Assembly (NCBI RefSeq): GCF_018350175.1
Contig: NC_058368.1
Location: 194,682,001-194,746,000, forward strand
Direction of reading: 5' to 3'
DNA from: Felis catus
Lineage: Eukaryota
DNA: 64,000 nucleotides
Under the pieces are notes generated by a model. It made no database searches and had not been told where the DNA came from. It saw only the letters and a list, made by a program, of their open reading frames with translations. Of this stretch, positions 24,843 to 38,650 are shown piece by piece. How positions within the stretch are numbered: position 1 is the first letter of the stretch; each line of letters opens with the position of its first letter. The position numbers and the translations under genes were made by a program.

Positions 24843-26743
24843 ATAAATACTAGTTGATTGATACGCAGAAAAGATATTCTGGGTAGAGTATCCTGAGGAA
24901 AGGGCAGGGCACAGGATGGGCAGCGTTGATATTCTAGATATTTAAGGCTGGTACCTGGGACAGGAAAGAGTATATACTAAAAGGGAACAGGAGGGTATAG
25001 AGAAACTCTGACCTTATAATTTTGTTAATGCTTATTCCCACGTATGAGGTAGACTAAAATGCCTTTTAACTTGGCACTTAGGGACTGAAGGATAGATTAT
25101 TTAATTGATCTGACTTATTGACTGATTTATTGCAACCCTCAACATATACACTGAGTATCTATTAAATGCCATGCATTCTGCTAGGCTCTGGAGAGGACAG
25201 AATCTGTATCTGAGCAGATTGTGTGAGACCACCGTGTTATGATTCTGAAGGTCTCTTCTCTGGGTGTCCAGAGGGCAGGCAGCAGATGAATATTTGCAGT
25301 TATGAATAGCAATGACCTTCAATCCTTTTGTCACAGACTGGAAATATCCAGTGCTGCAGGGCAAGACAGAAGTGCTCTTGGTGAGGTTGTCAGATGGGGC
25401 TTCCTAATCTCCTTACTGCACTGGACCTGCCTGGTCAGTTAAATCCCACCTTCGTGTCCTCATTTATTCTACAACTGGATCTGAAATACCCTTTGTCTAG
25501 CAGGTTCTGGAAGTAGACAACCAGGATTCTATTCCTGGTTCCTCCTCTACTTAGTGGTGATGTGAACCTAGCCAGCTTATGGAATGACAGCCTTAGTTTT
25601 CTCATCTATGAAGTGGGGATGATAATAGAACCTACAACTGAGAATGAACACTTCACTGTTTCTGACACATGGCGCATGTCTAATAGCGCTTGGCTGCACA
25701 TACAATTTGTGCTGGAAGATACACCTGTCGTCCCCACATTCGCTGCCTCGAGAGGGATACTAGCTGTTCCAACGCAGTGAGAGAGGCGCTGTTGTGGGAT
25801 AAAGTCGAGGGAATGAGAGGGCACAGGAGGGGCCGGGTGCCCTCAATCAGGGAGTCAGGGAGAGTTTCTAGGAGAATGTGAGGGCTGTCATGAGATGTGA
25901 CAGAGCTGCCCATCAAAGATGTTAGGAAATAAAGCTCCAGGTGGAACACAACTGCCATCTCAGATGTCAGAGGGGGTGTGATCTGGGCGAGGAAATTGAA
26001 ACTTCAGTGTGGCACAGAGACCAGATGAAGAGACGGCAACAAGAAAAACCTAGGAAAGTGCAAAGAAACACAAAAACTGCAGTGGCAAAACTAAGATAGC
26101 AGAATTCTAAGGTGCTTATGCAAGGAAGCAAAAACCAGAAAGCAACCCAGGTGATACTAAAGGAATTCCAAAATGTTCAGGGATTCGTGGTGCCAGGACC
26201 TCTGGAAGAAGAGGAAAGGCAGAACCAAATCAAGGGGGGTGGGCTGTAAGTATGTCTGAAGTATTGAAATTGGAAAAATACTGGGAAGTATTGAAGGTGG
26301 GTGTTGGAAAGATGGGTGTTATACTCTTCCCTCCATTTTGGTTTATGTTGGAAACCTTCCATTATAGAAGGTTTAAAAAACAGTGAGGCTTCCATATGTT
26401 CTCCTAAATATGCATAGCTGAGAAACTACCCCTAACTGATCCTGACAGAAAACTACAAATTTACTGTGAAGAATGAATAAAATCAAGATCTCTGAATATG
26501 CAGGCACTGAGAAGAATTGAGGAGAAGGGGATTATACTTGGGGCAAGGGTACTGACCAAATAGTTATAACCTCCATGCTGAGACTTCCTGCTTTCATTCT
26601 TCACTTAGATTATCAAAACAATGACAGTCAGATTGTCCACTCAAGATATTGGAAGAATCTTACATGAGAAATCTAACTAGCTAAAGAATAAAGACTTCAA
26701 AAAAACAACAACACCAGGACTTCTCATAAAGTAGCCCAACCTG

Positions 26744-27271
26744 ATTTATCCACGGGATACAGGTGTGCTGTTTCAAAGGGGCACATGCACCCCCAATGTT
26801 TATAGCAGCACTATCGACAATAGTCAAAGTATGGAAAGAGCCCAAATGTCCATTGGTGGATGAATGGATAAAGAAGATGTGGTATATACATCTACAATGG
26901 AGTATTACTTGGCAATCAAAAAGAATGAAATCTTGCCATTTGCAACTATGTGGATAGAACTAGAGGGTATTACGCTAAGGAAAATAAGTCAGAGAAAGAC
27001 AAATATATGATTTTACTCATATGAGGACTTTAAGATACAAAACAGATGAACATAAGGGAAGGGAAGCAAAAATAATATATAAACAGGGAGGGGGATAAAA
27101 ACATAAGAGACTCTTAAATATGGAGAATAAACAGGGTTGCTGGAGGGGTTGTGGGAAGGCGGATGGGCTAAATGGCTAAGGGGCATTAAGGAATCTACTC
27201 CTGAAATCACTGTTGCACTACATGCTAACTAACTTGGATGTAAATTAAAAAAATAAATTAAATAATTTTTT
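26744..27271 (+). mobile_element. Carnivore/felid L1 3' end
   Basis: Same 3'UTR type as 19942-20599; perfect 17-bp TSD taaagtagcccaacctg. Confidence 0.93.
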
Positions 27272-27671
27272 TAAAGTAGCCCAACCTGTAACGTTAAAAT
27301 GCAAGTAGGTACACACATACAAGGCTTTCGTTCATTTTTTGTTTCTCATTCTTACATGTGAGTAGATAGCCAAAGATGACTGGGTACCTAAATAAAGCCT
27401 TTAAAATGAATGACAGACAACAAGACAGCAAACGAAGGAAAAAAGTAACTTGGTGAAACAGAGAACGTTCAGGAAAACAAAAACCTCAAATAATAACTGC
27501 CAACACCTGCCATTAATATCCTGAGAGAGAAGAGGGAAGATATTGCATCCATAAAGTAAAATTACAATGTTATTAAAGGTATAATTAGAAAACATGAAAG
27601 AACTCCTAGAAATTCAAAGTGTGATAAGAGAAATGAAAAGCTAAAGAAAGGACTGACAGATGAAGCAGAAT

Positions 27672-27877
27672 GGGGTGTCTGGGTGGTTCAGTTACTTGGG
27701 CATCTGACTTGATTTCGGCTCAGGTCATGATCCCAGGGTCATGAGATTGAGCCCCATGTCAGGGGGGTTAAGATTCTCTCTCTCTCCCTCTGCCCCTCCC
27801 CCTTGCTTGCTTGCTTGCTTGCTTGCTTTCTTTCTTTCTTTCTTTCTATCTATCTATCGAAAAAAATAAAAAATTTT
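27672..27877 (+). mobile_element. Older CAN-SINE with internal deletion
   Basis: SINE head; outer TSD agatgaagcagaa (27658-27670)/agatgaagctgaa (28523-28535). Confidence 0.85.
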
Positions 27878-28264
27878 ATCTAACTTATTTCACTTAGCAT
27901 AATAGCCTCCAGTTCCATCGACATTCCTGCAAATGACATGATTTCATTCTTTCTTGTTGCCAAGTAGCATTCCATTGTATATATAAACCACATCTTCTTT
28001 ATCCATCCATCAGTTGATGGACATTTGGGCTCTTTCCATAATTTGGCTATTGTTGAAAGCGTTGCTATAAACACTGGGGTACATGTGCCCCTTCGAAACA
28101 GCACTCCTGTATCCTTTGGATAAATTCCTAATAGTGCTATTGCTGGGTTGCAGGGTAGTTCTATTTTTAATTTTTTGAGGAACCTCCACACTGTTTTCCA
28201 GAACGGCTGCACCAGTTTGCATTCCCACCAATAGTGCAAGAGGGTTCCTGTTTCTCCACATCCT
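27878..28264 (-). mobile_element. Internal L1 ORF2 C-terminal fragment without 3'UTR or poly(A)
   Basis: ORF 27880-28239 ([28 protein letters not shown]...) is L1 ORF2p-like. Confidence 0.92.
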
Positions 28265-28288
28265 TAACAGTAAAAAGAGTGTTTAAAA

Positions 28289-28497
28289 TTTTTTTTTAAT
28301 GTTTATTTATTTTTGAGAGAGACAGAGACAGAATGCGAGTGGGTTAGGGGCAGAGAGACAGGGAGACACAGAATCCGAGGCAGGTTCCAGGCAAGCTGTC
28401 AGCACAGAGCCCAATGCAGGGCTCGAACTCACAGACCTTGAGATCATGACCTGAGCCGAAGTCAGATGCTCAACCAACTGAGCCACCCGGGTGCCCC
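28289..28497 (-). mobile_element. CAN-SINE
   Basis: TSD-like aaaaagagtgttt/aaaaaagtgttt. Confidence 0.92.
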
Positions 28498-29423
28498 AAA
28501 AAAGTGTTTTAAAAAGAAATAAAGATGAAGCTGAAGACATCTCCCAAACAGAAGAGCAAAAAGACAAAAAGAGAAATAGGGAGGAATATATAAGAAAAAT
28601 AGAGAATCCTTCCAGAAGATGCAGTATCTATACAATAGGGGTTCCAAGAACAGAGGAAACAGGAAGTGGTGGAGAGAAAATCATTGAAGAATAAGTTCAC
28701 TATGACTTCCCATGACCAAAACACCTGAGTTTCCAGACTGGAAGACTCACTAAAAAGCCCACCATAAGAGGTGAAAACATAGCTAAGCCAAGAAACATCA
28801 ATAAAAAAATTCAGAATGTTGAGAATAAAAATCTAAGAGATTCCACAGAAAAAAGAAGAAAAAAACAGGTTATATACTAGGAATCAACAAGCAGATAGGT
28901 TTCAGATTTATCAACAGCAATCCTAGAAACTTAAAGAAAGTGAAACAATGTCTTCAAAATCATAAGGAAAAATAATTTCCAAGCCAGAATTCTATACTGA
29001 AACAAAATGTCAAGTAAGTATAGAGATGAATTAGAAGTATTTTCAGACATGCAAATGACTTTAATTTCCATCCTGTGCATCCTTTATAAGAAAACTACTT
29101 GAATGAAGTGCTTCACCGAAATAAGGACGTAAAACAAGAAAGAGGAAAACACAGGGTTCAATGCAAGAAAGAGGGAAAGGACAACTCAGGATGAAGACCC
29201 CAGAGTCAGAGTAATATAGCAGACTCAGAGAACACCATCCAGGCTAAAGCAAGCCCGAAGTTTCTAAGAGTGATGTCTCTAAGAATATTTAATTAAGAAG
29301 AATACCTAGTATGGGTAAATGTAATAAGGAGAGATTATGACAAGACAGGTGGCACCTGGGGACAAATTTTGGAAAAAATTACATTTTACAAAACTAAACA
29401 AATCAGAGAAAGACATTCACTAG

Positions 29424-29425
<2 letters not shown>

Positions 29426-29459
<34 letters not shown>
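29426..29459 (+). repeat. Poly(A)34 run
   Basis: Visible directly. Confidence 0.95.
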
Positions 29460-29460
<1 letters not shown>

Positions 29461-30633
29461 AGCAAGAAACCCAGAAAATTAGAAAAGGCAAAGTCATCAC
29501 AGTATTCTACATGGCTCAGCAGTGAATAACATTTACATAATGTAAACATGGACCATTCATGCAACTAACTATTAACTACGCCATAACTGCATTATGGGCC
29601 AGAGGGACCGAAAATGTGCTTGTGTGCATGGAGGGTGGTGCTTTTGGGTGGAAGGTAACTTTATATCTTGCATCGTGGATATAAAAAGATAGTGTTAAAC
29701 TGAAAACAAAACACAAAGGGACCCCATATGCATATTACATTGAGACAATTTTTAAAAAATACGTAAAGTTATTAGGCACAGTAGTATGTCTTTCATTATA
29801 ACTTCGATAGGATTATTTGACTCTAAATTTTGGTATAAAAAAAAAACTATATTAAAAATAAAATTAAAAACAGAAAAGTCATGGTATGGTCCATTGGTGG
29901 GTCACGTATACCACTTCAATAATGCAGCTGATCTAGTCTTATCTCTAACTCTGTTTTACAGGTAATGTTATCTGAGACCCATAGGCGTGAAGAGACATGC
30001 CCCAGGATCACTTGGGGTGGGTTGGCATCAGTGGCATTGACAGAACCAAGAGTCAGATCCTTGACCAGTTTACAAACGCAGAGTTTTTGTCAATCGCACC
30101 CTGCTAATATACCATGTCCGCCCAAAGAGTCTCTGGGCTTTGATAATTTCTGAATGAGTTCTATAAGGACAAGCACCACAGGAGGCTTGAGCGTTGCTTC
30201 TAGGAGCTTACTACGGTCAGAGGACGAAGACTTGCACATGCCAAACCCCTGTTGAATAATTAAGCGCCCTAGGAACCCGCCCTTGATGAGAACTCTCGAC
30301 ACTCTGGTACCAAGCCCTCTCTTTTGCCCTCACACATTCGGGCTATAACCCCTTTGGCTAACTGAGAAGTTTACATACGTGGACTTGCCTTTTTTTCTTA
30401 CCTTGTTAGACAAATTTTAGAAAATAAAGAAATCTTTGTTATTACAAATATGAACAATTATGTTTTCTCTAGCCTCCTATGTAATAAAGAAAACAAACCA
30501 AAGGTCAGTAGAGCATATATAACAGCTCAGAAGGCAACAACAAGTTTAGACGGGGATTTCTGAGGTAACATAGTTCTACCTGAGGTAGAGTTCTACCTCC
30601 ACCAAAAAAATGATCAAGAAAAAGGGAAGTTGT

Positions 30634-30871
30634 GGGGCATCTGGGTGGTTCAGTCAGTTAAGCGTCCGACTTTGGCTCAGGTCATGACCTCATGGTTCGC
30701 GAGTTCAAGTCGTGCCTTGGGGTCTGTGCTGACATCTCAGAGCCTGGAGCCTGCTTCAGATTCTGTGTCTCCCTCTCTCTCTGCCCCTCCCCTGCTCATG
30801 CTCTATTTCTCTCTCTTGGTTTGTCCCTGTCTCTCTCTCTCAAAAATAAACATTAAAAAAAATTTTAAAGA
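30634..30871 (+). mobile_element. CAN-SINE
   Basis: TSD aagaaaaagggaagttgtg/aagaaaaatggaagttgtg. Confidence 0.93.
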
Positions 30872-30914
30872 AAGAAAAATGGAAGTTGTGAAAAAACAGG
30901 TCTCAAATACCATA

Positions 30915-31278
30915 GGTTGGGATGTTAATCAAGGCAAACTTTGAAAGAGAATATAGCAATAGCTCTCAAAAATTAAAATTCACTTACCTCTTGACTCAGC
31001 CATTTCTTTGCTAGGAATTTACTCAAAAGTATGCCAAGATATATGTACAAGGAAATTCATTGCAGCATTGTGTATGAGGCAGCAAGGAGAGAAAAAAATA
31101 AAACAAGTATCTATAAATAGCAAACTGGTCAAATCATTAATTGTATATCCCTGCAAGGTAATAATAAATAACCTTTAGAAACAATGAGTTAGATCGATCT
31201 TGCTGACATGGAAAGGTTTCCAAGATCTAATGTTTAGTTAAAACAGCAAGGCTCAGCATACTATATTCCCATTTGTTT

Positions 31279-31322
<44 letters not shown>

Positions 31323-31475
31323 TTGTCTTCCAGAAAAAGAGTTGTCATCTTTGGAGAGAAGAGTTAGAATTCAAAAGGAGAGATGAGGAAGAGTTTTGCT
31401 TGGTTTTATACCTTTTAGAAAGTTTACATTCCAATCATAGGCAAGTATAACTCTTTTTAACAGTGAATTTTAAAA
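30915..31475 (+). mobile_element. Ancient L1 (L1ME-like) 3' fragment with (CA)n at 31282-31320
   Basis: TTGACTCAGCCATTTCTTTGCTAGGAATTTA...TTCATTGCAGCATTG motifs. Confidence 0.65.
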
Positions 31476-33399
31476 ATAGATAATTCATGAACAGCAGTGG
31501 GTGGTGAACTCACATTCAGAGAAGGGAAATTATTTTCCTAACTTCGCTCGAATGATAACATCAGTCCTGGAACTAAAATGTAAGGCTCTTGCCTACTGCA
31601 CTGGTGTGCTTTCTGTAGCTTTGCCTCTCGGTTCCCTAATCTGTCAAATGGGAACATTTCTTCACTCTCCTGTAGATGTCAGAAAAAGATGCGTGGCACC
31701 TGGTAGTTGGGTCTTGGTCTGTTCAGTGAATAAGTGAACATGGGCACTAAGGGACATAATGCAGGTGAAAGGCTCTGCTGGGAGAAAGGATTACTACTTT
31801 AAAAGGGTTAATGCACTCTGCCCACCTGGGACTTGACTGTCCGACCCCTGAGTCTCCATTTAGAAAGAAGGTGATTGTCCCAGTGACTACTATGTGTGGC
31901 ATGATGGATGAGAGAACCATGAAGGAAGCAGTCACCAATGGCTTGGCAGTAGCTCCTGTTGGCTTTCTGATCACATCGCTGCTGGCTGTCAAGTCCACGG
32001 CCCAGCAATTTATGGCGTCCCTGGGCAGGAGCAGCCTGTACAAGGCTCCTGCTGCTGCAGCCCAAGGACAGGAGCCAAGCTCTCGTTCTCCTTGAGGCTG
32101 GAACCTTCTCTCCTATGGACCAGGAGCTCTCCCTGCATCAAAGCAGAAAGAACGTACCCTGGTACTTCCCCCAACCCCCACCAATGGCTTTTGTACCAGG
32201 ACACAACAGTTGTCAGAGCAGTGACTCTGTGGTCAAGCGGACTGGTTCAAGGAAGGCATCTTTGCTAGACCCAGCTTCCCAAACCAGTGACAGTGAGAAA
32301 AAGGCACTCACTACCTCTATCTGCACCTCAGACATATACCTGACTCCTGCTGCATACAGGGATGAGCTGAGCAGAGAGCTTCCTAGAATCCCTTCAACCA
32401 ACTCTAAGGCGGAATGCTGCAGGCAGCAAGAGTAGTCAGGAAGGAATACAGGCAAAGAGTGTGCACTCTGGACTTCAAAAGCCCTGTGTCTAAACGCTGG
32501 CTTTGCAGCTTCTCAGCAGTGTGACCTTGGACAAGTTACTTAACCTCTTTGCACCTTAATTTCCTCAGCTATAAAAGGACAACCCTCATAATAATACCTA
32601 GCTCATAGGTCTGTGGTGACAATTAAATGAGATAATCAATTTGAACGGGACTTCAAGCATGACATTTGGGTCGGCTCTTCGGCAAAGAATGGACCCCGCG
32701 TAGAGTAGAGGGCAGAAACATCACACCTAGTTGGAGGAATCATTAGAGTCTTTTCCAGTGTTGGTGACGAAGAAGGGGAATTCTAAAAATACGAAACACT
32801 ACAAAGGAATGCGTGGGGGAAGGAAAACAGGGAACAACCTTAGGGTTGACGCACAGCTTGGCAAGGCTGGGATGTGGGACGGTATGGGGAGCAACAGGAG
32901 ATGACCTGGAAAGGAAAACTAGCTGTATGGACTCTGAGTGCCAGGCCGAGGAGGTGGAACACAACTTGGAAGTCGGTGGGGAGCCACCTGAGCCGTGTGA
33001 GCTACTTTAGAGGAGGCACTTGGCAATGTCTCCCTTGGCATCAATGAGGAAAGCTGCAGAGGAGCTAAGCCATGGAGACAGCGTGTCATGGCATGCTCCC
33101 TCCCAGACGTCCACTCTTCTGGAGACAACAGGCTGCCTACAGAGGCTCTGCAGAAGGGCAAGTTTATTCAGTGGCTGTGCTTCTAAAATGCCCCAGGTAA
33201 TCCTTCAAGTCTCCTTTATTGTAACATAGGAAGCCTGGGGCTACAGCTATCTCTTTCCCTCCCACAGGAGCAGGTGCCACAACCAGACCTGTTCATGAGG
33301 AGCACTGTCCCAGTTGGTTCCAAGGGCCACCAAGGCATTTCCACCTGAGCTCTGGTTCTGATCTAGTCAATAACAAGTTTGAATTAGATGAATATCACT

Positions 33400-33995
33400 C
33401 AGCCTTCCGTCAATCCCTGAGCATTTCCATAATGTTTTGCCACCTCTACGTACGCTGTTTACTATTATTTATTTACTTTTTTCTCCCATGACCTCACTGG
33501 TTTTTGGTCTATGCTTAAATACGTGTATTTGGAAAGAAGGAATCTTTCCACCACAGCCATGAAGAGAAAAGTTCTAATACAAGGTAACTATTGTAAACAG
33601 TAAAGAAAAAATGCCACAAAGGCAAAGCATCATGGTGACAGATGTTAACTAGACTTACTGTGATCATTTCACATAAAATACAAATATAGAATCATGTTGT
33701 ACACCTGAAACTAATATAATATTATATGTCAATTATACCTCTTTTTAAAAAATCATGAAAATCTAGCTATAGTCTCTCATTCTTTCTTTTTTGGGAAGGG
33801 AGATTGGCAAGTGTTAATGAGGTAACATACGGCACCGAATTGAAATTCTCATCCTCGAACTAACTGCAGTGAATAAAAGAGGATTGAAGAGGAAACAACC
33901 TTCTCACAAAGGATTCACTGTTATTTAACAGGATACCACCTAAAATCTTCTTTGCGCACCAGGCTTACATGGTCTCACAACTGGGAAAACCCTGA
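33400..33995 (+). mobile_element. MER113-like hAT-Charlie relic with nested L1MA 3' end (~33630-33750)
   Basis: Ends ...CACAACTGGGAAAACCCTG; similar to 59346-60068; nested ATCATGTTGTACACCTGAAACTAATATAAT. Confidence 0.55.
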
Positions 33996-34459
33996 ACTCA
34001 ATGATCTCTAAGAATCCTTCCGTTTCATTTTTCTTTCTTTTGACAAATATTTTTTTGAGTACTTTCATGTAGCGGATGCTTCACTAAACTCGGGAGATCA
34101 AAAAGATGAATAAGAAATGTCCCCTGCTGCTATCAAAGAGTTTACAAGGACGCTTTGTCAGCCCAGGTCAGCTGAGACCTTTTCAGTGTCACTGGGCAAC
34201 TTCCTCACCAAGTCACACTCAGGCTTTGTTTTGTCTACCTCTGAAATACTGAGGTTGAACCACATGATTGCTGCGCGCTCTTCCAGATCTGACTTGTTAT
34301 AACTCACTGAAGCCAAGGTGAAAGAATTTGGAGTTAGGGCAAGGGTTAATGCAGAAAGTAGGGCAGGAATGAGTTCAGATAGCTACACAGGCAGGTTGAT
34401 CTGGGGGAGGGTCTAAGGTAGGTGCTAAGGTTGTCTGGCCTAAAAATCAGGGGAGTTGG

Positions 34460-34703
34460 GGGGCGCCTGGGTGGCTCAGTCGGTTGAGCATCTGACTTCG
34501 GCTCAGGTCATGATCTCACAGCTCGTGAGTTCGAGTCCCGCGTCAGGCTGTGTACTGACAGAGCTCCAGCTCAGAGCCTGGAGCCTGCTTCAGATTCTGT
34601 GTCTCCCTCTCTCTCTGCCCCTCCCCCACTCACATTCTGTCTGTCGGTCTGTCTGTCTCTCTCTCTCAAAAGTAAAAATTAAAAAAAACATTAAAAATTT
34701 TTT
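34460..34703 (+). mobile_element. CAN-SINE
   Basis: TSD taaaaatcaggggagttgg/taaaaatcaggggggttgg. Confidence 0.93.
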
Positions 34704-34719
34704 TAAAAATCAGGGGGGT

Positions 34720-35088
34720 TGGATGCAACCACTTTAGAAAACATTTTGGCAGTATTTGCTAAATCTAAGCATATGTGTGTGAAATGATCCAACAGTTCCA
34801 TTGCTTATGGAAAATTAGTGTTCAGATCCAGCAAAAGACACATATAATAAGGTTCATGACAAGTTTTTTCACAGTTGCCTGAAGCTGGAAACACTCCAGA
34901 TGATCTGCAGCAGGAAAATGGATAAATAAAACGTAGTGGATTGAAGTAATGGAACACTATGCAGCCATGAAAAAAGAAACACCTGTCACACTTAACAACA
35001 TAATGACTTCATAGACATTATGTTGAACAAGAGGCTAGATATAAAAGAATATATATATATTATATATAAGAATATATTATATATAAGA

Positions 35089-35134
<46 letters not shown>

Positions 35135-35390
35135 CTCTATTTATATGCTATGAAAGAACTGACAAAATAAATGGTCAGAACAGTGCATGCCTGCAGGAAA
35201 AACGTTTATGTTAACTGGAAAGGGGCCATGAGGGAAACTTCTGGGCTGCTGTAAATGTGTTATACCTTGATCTGGATAGTGGTCACATAGATACATACAT
35301 ATATAAAAATCTATCAGGCTCTACATTTATAATTTATATATTTTAGTCTGTATAAGTGGTACTTCAACAAAAAAGTAAATTAAAAAATAA
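34720..35390 (+). mobile_element. Old L1 (L1M) 3' fragment containing (TA)n
   Basis: CCACTTTAGAAAACATTTTGGCAGT, AAATGGATAAATAAA, CTTGATCTGGATAGTGG motifs. Confidence 0.75.
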
Positions 35391-35917
35391 CCAAGGATAC
35401 CAAAGGTTGATGAAGATATTAGGCTGACCCAAAGATAGAAGAGGAAAGATTCCTCCAGAAGAAAAGGGTTACTGTGACCTACACCACTAACCATAGCCAC
35501 TTCTCTGCAGCTACAGATTCCCACAATGTTAGAGCGACCAGGTAGATCAATTAATGTAATGACACCAGGTATTAGAAAGTTAAATAATAGAAATGGATTC
35601 CAATGTAGGGTAAAACCCTCAAAGGAGATAGAGTGGGAGAGAGGAGGCATGGTCAGATATCACAGACCAATGGTACCAATGTACTATATTTCTGGAGCCA
35701 CCCATGTCCTTAAACCTCCACCAAACATTCCACTCAAGTTCTAAACCCAAAGCCAGGACAATGAAGAAGTGCAGTGGGTGTAGGAAATGTACAAGATCAA
35801 GTGTTTGGATATATTGGTCCAAATTGTGACCCCCCTCACTAACTTACACTTTGACCTTGGACATCTTATAAACACTTCCTCAGCCTTAGTTTCTTCATCT
35901 ATAAAGAATGGTAAGTA

Positions 35918-36148
35918 GGGGCGCCTGGGTGGCTCGCTCAATTAAGGGTCCGACTTCGGCTCAGGTCGCGATCTCACAGTTCATGAGTTCGAGCCCCACG
36001 TAGGGCTCTGTTCTGATAGCTCAGAGCATGGCGTCTGCTTCAGATTCTGTGTCTCCCTTTCTCTCTGTCCCTCCCCTGCTCGCATTCATTCTCTCTCCCT
36101 CTCTCTCTCTCAAAAATAAATAAACACTTAAAAAAATGGGGAAAAAAA
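35918..36148 (+). mobile_element. CAN-SINE inserted in a MIR
   Basis: TSD aaagaatggtaagtag/aaagaatgataagtag. Confidence 0.93.
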
Positions 36149-37353
36149 AAAGAATGATAAGTAGATTAGACCACTGGCCTTGAATTTTAGGAGATCATGA
36201 AGCATTTTGAGACTCTAAAGCAACCCATGGAAAATGCCCACACACAGTGAGTTTTGCATGATTTCAAGGGCTGAAAATTAAGAGCGCACAGATTATGGAA
36301 TTTCTAAAGTTCATTCTAAGGATGATTTGTTTACATTTTTTTTTTGTATTGCTGCAACTCATTCTCTTCCTCCATTCTCTCCCTACTTCCAACTCCACTG
36401 GCTGCCAAGACCACTAACTTTGAGCTGCCACGTTCAGATTAAGTTGGGGACCAAAGGGGATTATGATGGACACACACAGCTGGTCCCGGCCAAGCATTCC
36501 CCCTGCCCATCAGACTCATCCGAGTCTTAGGGGATGTGTGTTTGCTGGAGAGGCAGAAAATCAATTAATTGCTGGGTAGCTAGAAATCCCTTCTTCTGGT
36601 TGTAACTGTTCAGTAGCAATTAAAATGAGGGAGGGAGGCAGAATAACAGTCTTTTTCTCTTTCCACCTTCCTATCCATCCCCTACCGCATGGCTGAAAAA
36701 GGGATCCAGAAGCCTAGGGGTCAAGACTTCTCTTGATGAACCTAATTGCTTAGGGGCTGCATTTTGTGAGAGAGAAGACCACAGGTCTAATTTCCTAACA
36801 GTTAGGTTTTTCTTGTCAAATGCAGGCATCAGATATTCAGAGAAAATACGGAAGTCACAGAGCAGGGAGAGGGCAAGGGCTGAAAGAGTAGCGTGCGTGA
36901 TTTCTTCTCTTAGAGTATTAGCCAAACCAACGAAACAGGTTTGGAAGACATTGGACGAAATGCCTGTCCTCGTTTTGGCAGGGGTTTCCCTAAAGACCCA
37001 AGCAGGTCCTTCTCACAACTACACATCTGCTCCAAGTCACTTCCTATTAGAATCCAGCTGTGCTGAAAAATTGCTAGATCTTTGGTTTCATACCCAAGGT
37101 ATGAACAGTAACTTGAAAAAAAAAGAGACACCCCAAACTTCAAACCAGTAATTCATGGTGAGAATTGTGGGTAGTATGGATAATGAGAGTGGGGGTGGAA
37201 GGGAGGATCTTTTCTTGCCATTACATCACCACCACCACCCCCATGGAAATCTACTTTGCAATTAGAGGAACATAAATTCAAGGCCAGACATTTCCCTTCA
37301 CTGGCTGTGAGGTATTAGACAAGTTAGTTTTCTTTTATAAACTTTAAGTTTCT

Positions 37354-37571
37354 GGGACACATGGGTGGCTCAGTTGGTTAAGCACCCAACCTCAGTTCAG
37401 ACCATGATCTCAAAGTTCATGGGTTCAAGCCCCCCATTGGGCTCTCTGCCGTCAGCGTGGAGCTGCTTTGATCCTCTGTCACCCTCTCTCTCTGCCCCTA
37501 CCCTACACGTACTCTCCCCCTCTCTCTCTCCTCCCAAAAATAAAACATTTTAAGAAAATTAAAATATATAT
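37354..37571 (+). mobile_element. CAN-SINE (diverged)
   Basis: Head, CT tract and tail present; degenerate TSD. Confidence 0.88.
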
Positions 37572-38279
37572 ACAAGCTTTAAGGTCCTTGTCTCCAAAAT
37601 CTGGATATTACCAACTACTCCAAAGAGCCATTGGAAAAGGGATCACAGGTGGAGACTTGCCCAGTGGATGCCTAATACACATGAGTTCCTCCTCTGCCCT
37701 TGCCTGACCATCCTTGTTTCCTCATGGGCTGTGCTGTGACAGCTCCACTGCTCTGAGCCCCTAGGAGAGAACAGAACACAGTCAGTCACACAGCTGGAGC
37801 AGTGGTGAGGGAGGGTATCATTCCTGACCAGACACCCAGAACAGGCGGGGCTGTGAGCTCCAAGGACAGACAGACCCTGAGATTAATGTGCTCGTGTCTT
37901 ATTACATGTGACAGTACAATCACGTGCATTCATGTCTCATACCCCAACAAGATCATATAATTCTTAAGCAAGAATTCATTGCTATTTCATCCATCCCTGA
38001 GGCTGATTGAAACATTCATTCATTTGTATTGCACCTAAGCCATATTGCAGAGACTTCGGTGCCAGACTGCTGGGTATGGGTCCCGATTCTACCTCTTTCT
38101 AGCTGGGGCACCCACAACAAGCAAGGTTGTGAGTCTGAGTCTCAGTCTCCCCATGAGTAAAATGAAGTAAAAATAGCTCCTGTTTTAAAGGACTGACTTC
38201 TCATTGAGGTCCAAGAAATGAAATACTAAGCAAATAGCACAGAAAGGGATCTTTAAATATTCGTTGTAATTATTGCTAT

Positions 38280-38650
38280 TGTCAGGGCTGGGGACATGAA
38301 AGTGAGCAAGACTTAGTCTCCACTCTTAAGAACCTCACAGTGTAATAAGGGACACAGACAAGAAGAGAATTGATAACAAAAAGTAAAAGTGATGCCAAGC
38401 GAATACCCAAATACAAGCAATGGAGGGCCATTGATCCAGACAGGAGAAAGGAAAGGTTTCCAGGCCAAGTGACATCCAAGATTAGAAAAACTGAAAAATG
38501 AATAAGAAACAGCGCAAAGTCCTGGAGATGGGAAGAAAGACACTGGCTTCTTGGGGAACAGATCATCTGAATGGAACAGAGAGCCTGGGTTGGAGAGGAC
38601 ATCAGGGGTCAGATCACAGCTCTTAACACCATGCCTTGAATTTGGTCATG
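38280..38650 (-). mobile_element. LINE-2 fragment
   Basis: GGGCTGGGGACA...CTTAAGAACCTCACAG..., GGTCAGATCACA motifs. Confidence 0.6.

Larger units (their letters stand above)
27300..29870 (+). mobile_element. HAL1-like (ORF1-only L1 relative), degenerate; may extend 5' to ~26.0 kb
   Basis: L1 ORF1-like sequence (AATAGGGGTTCCAAGA, CCAGAATTCTATAC, TTTTCAGACATGCAA) followed by a 3' end with no ORF2. Confidence 0.72.

Noticed and set aside
29945..29967. Further AG|GT motifs (also ~15871 and ~58543)
   Set aside because: They lie within a MIR core or have weak donors, and are expected by chance
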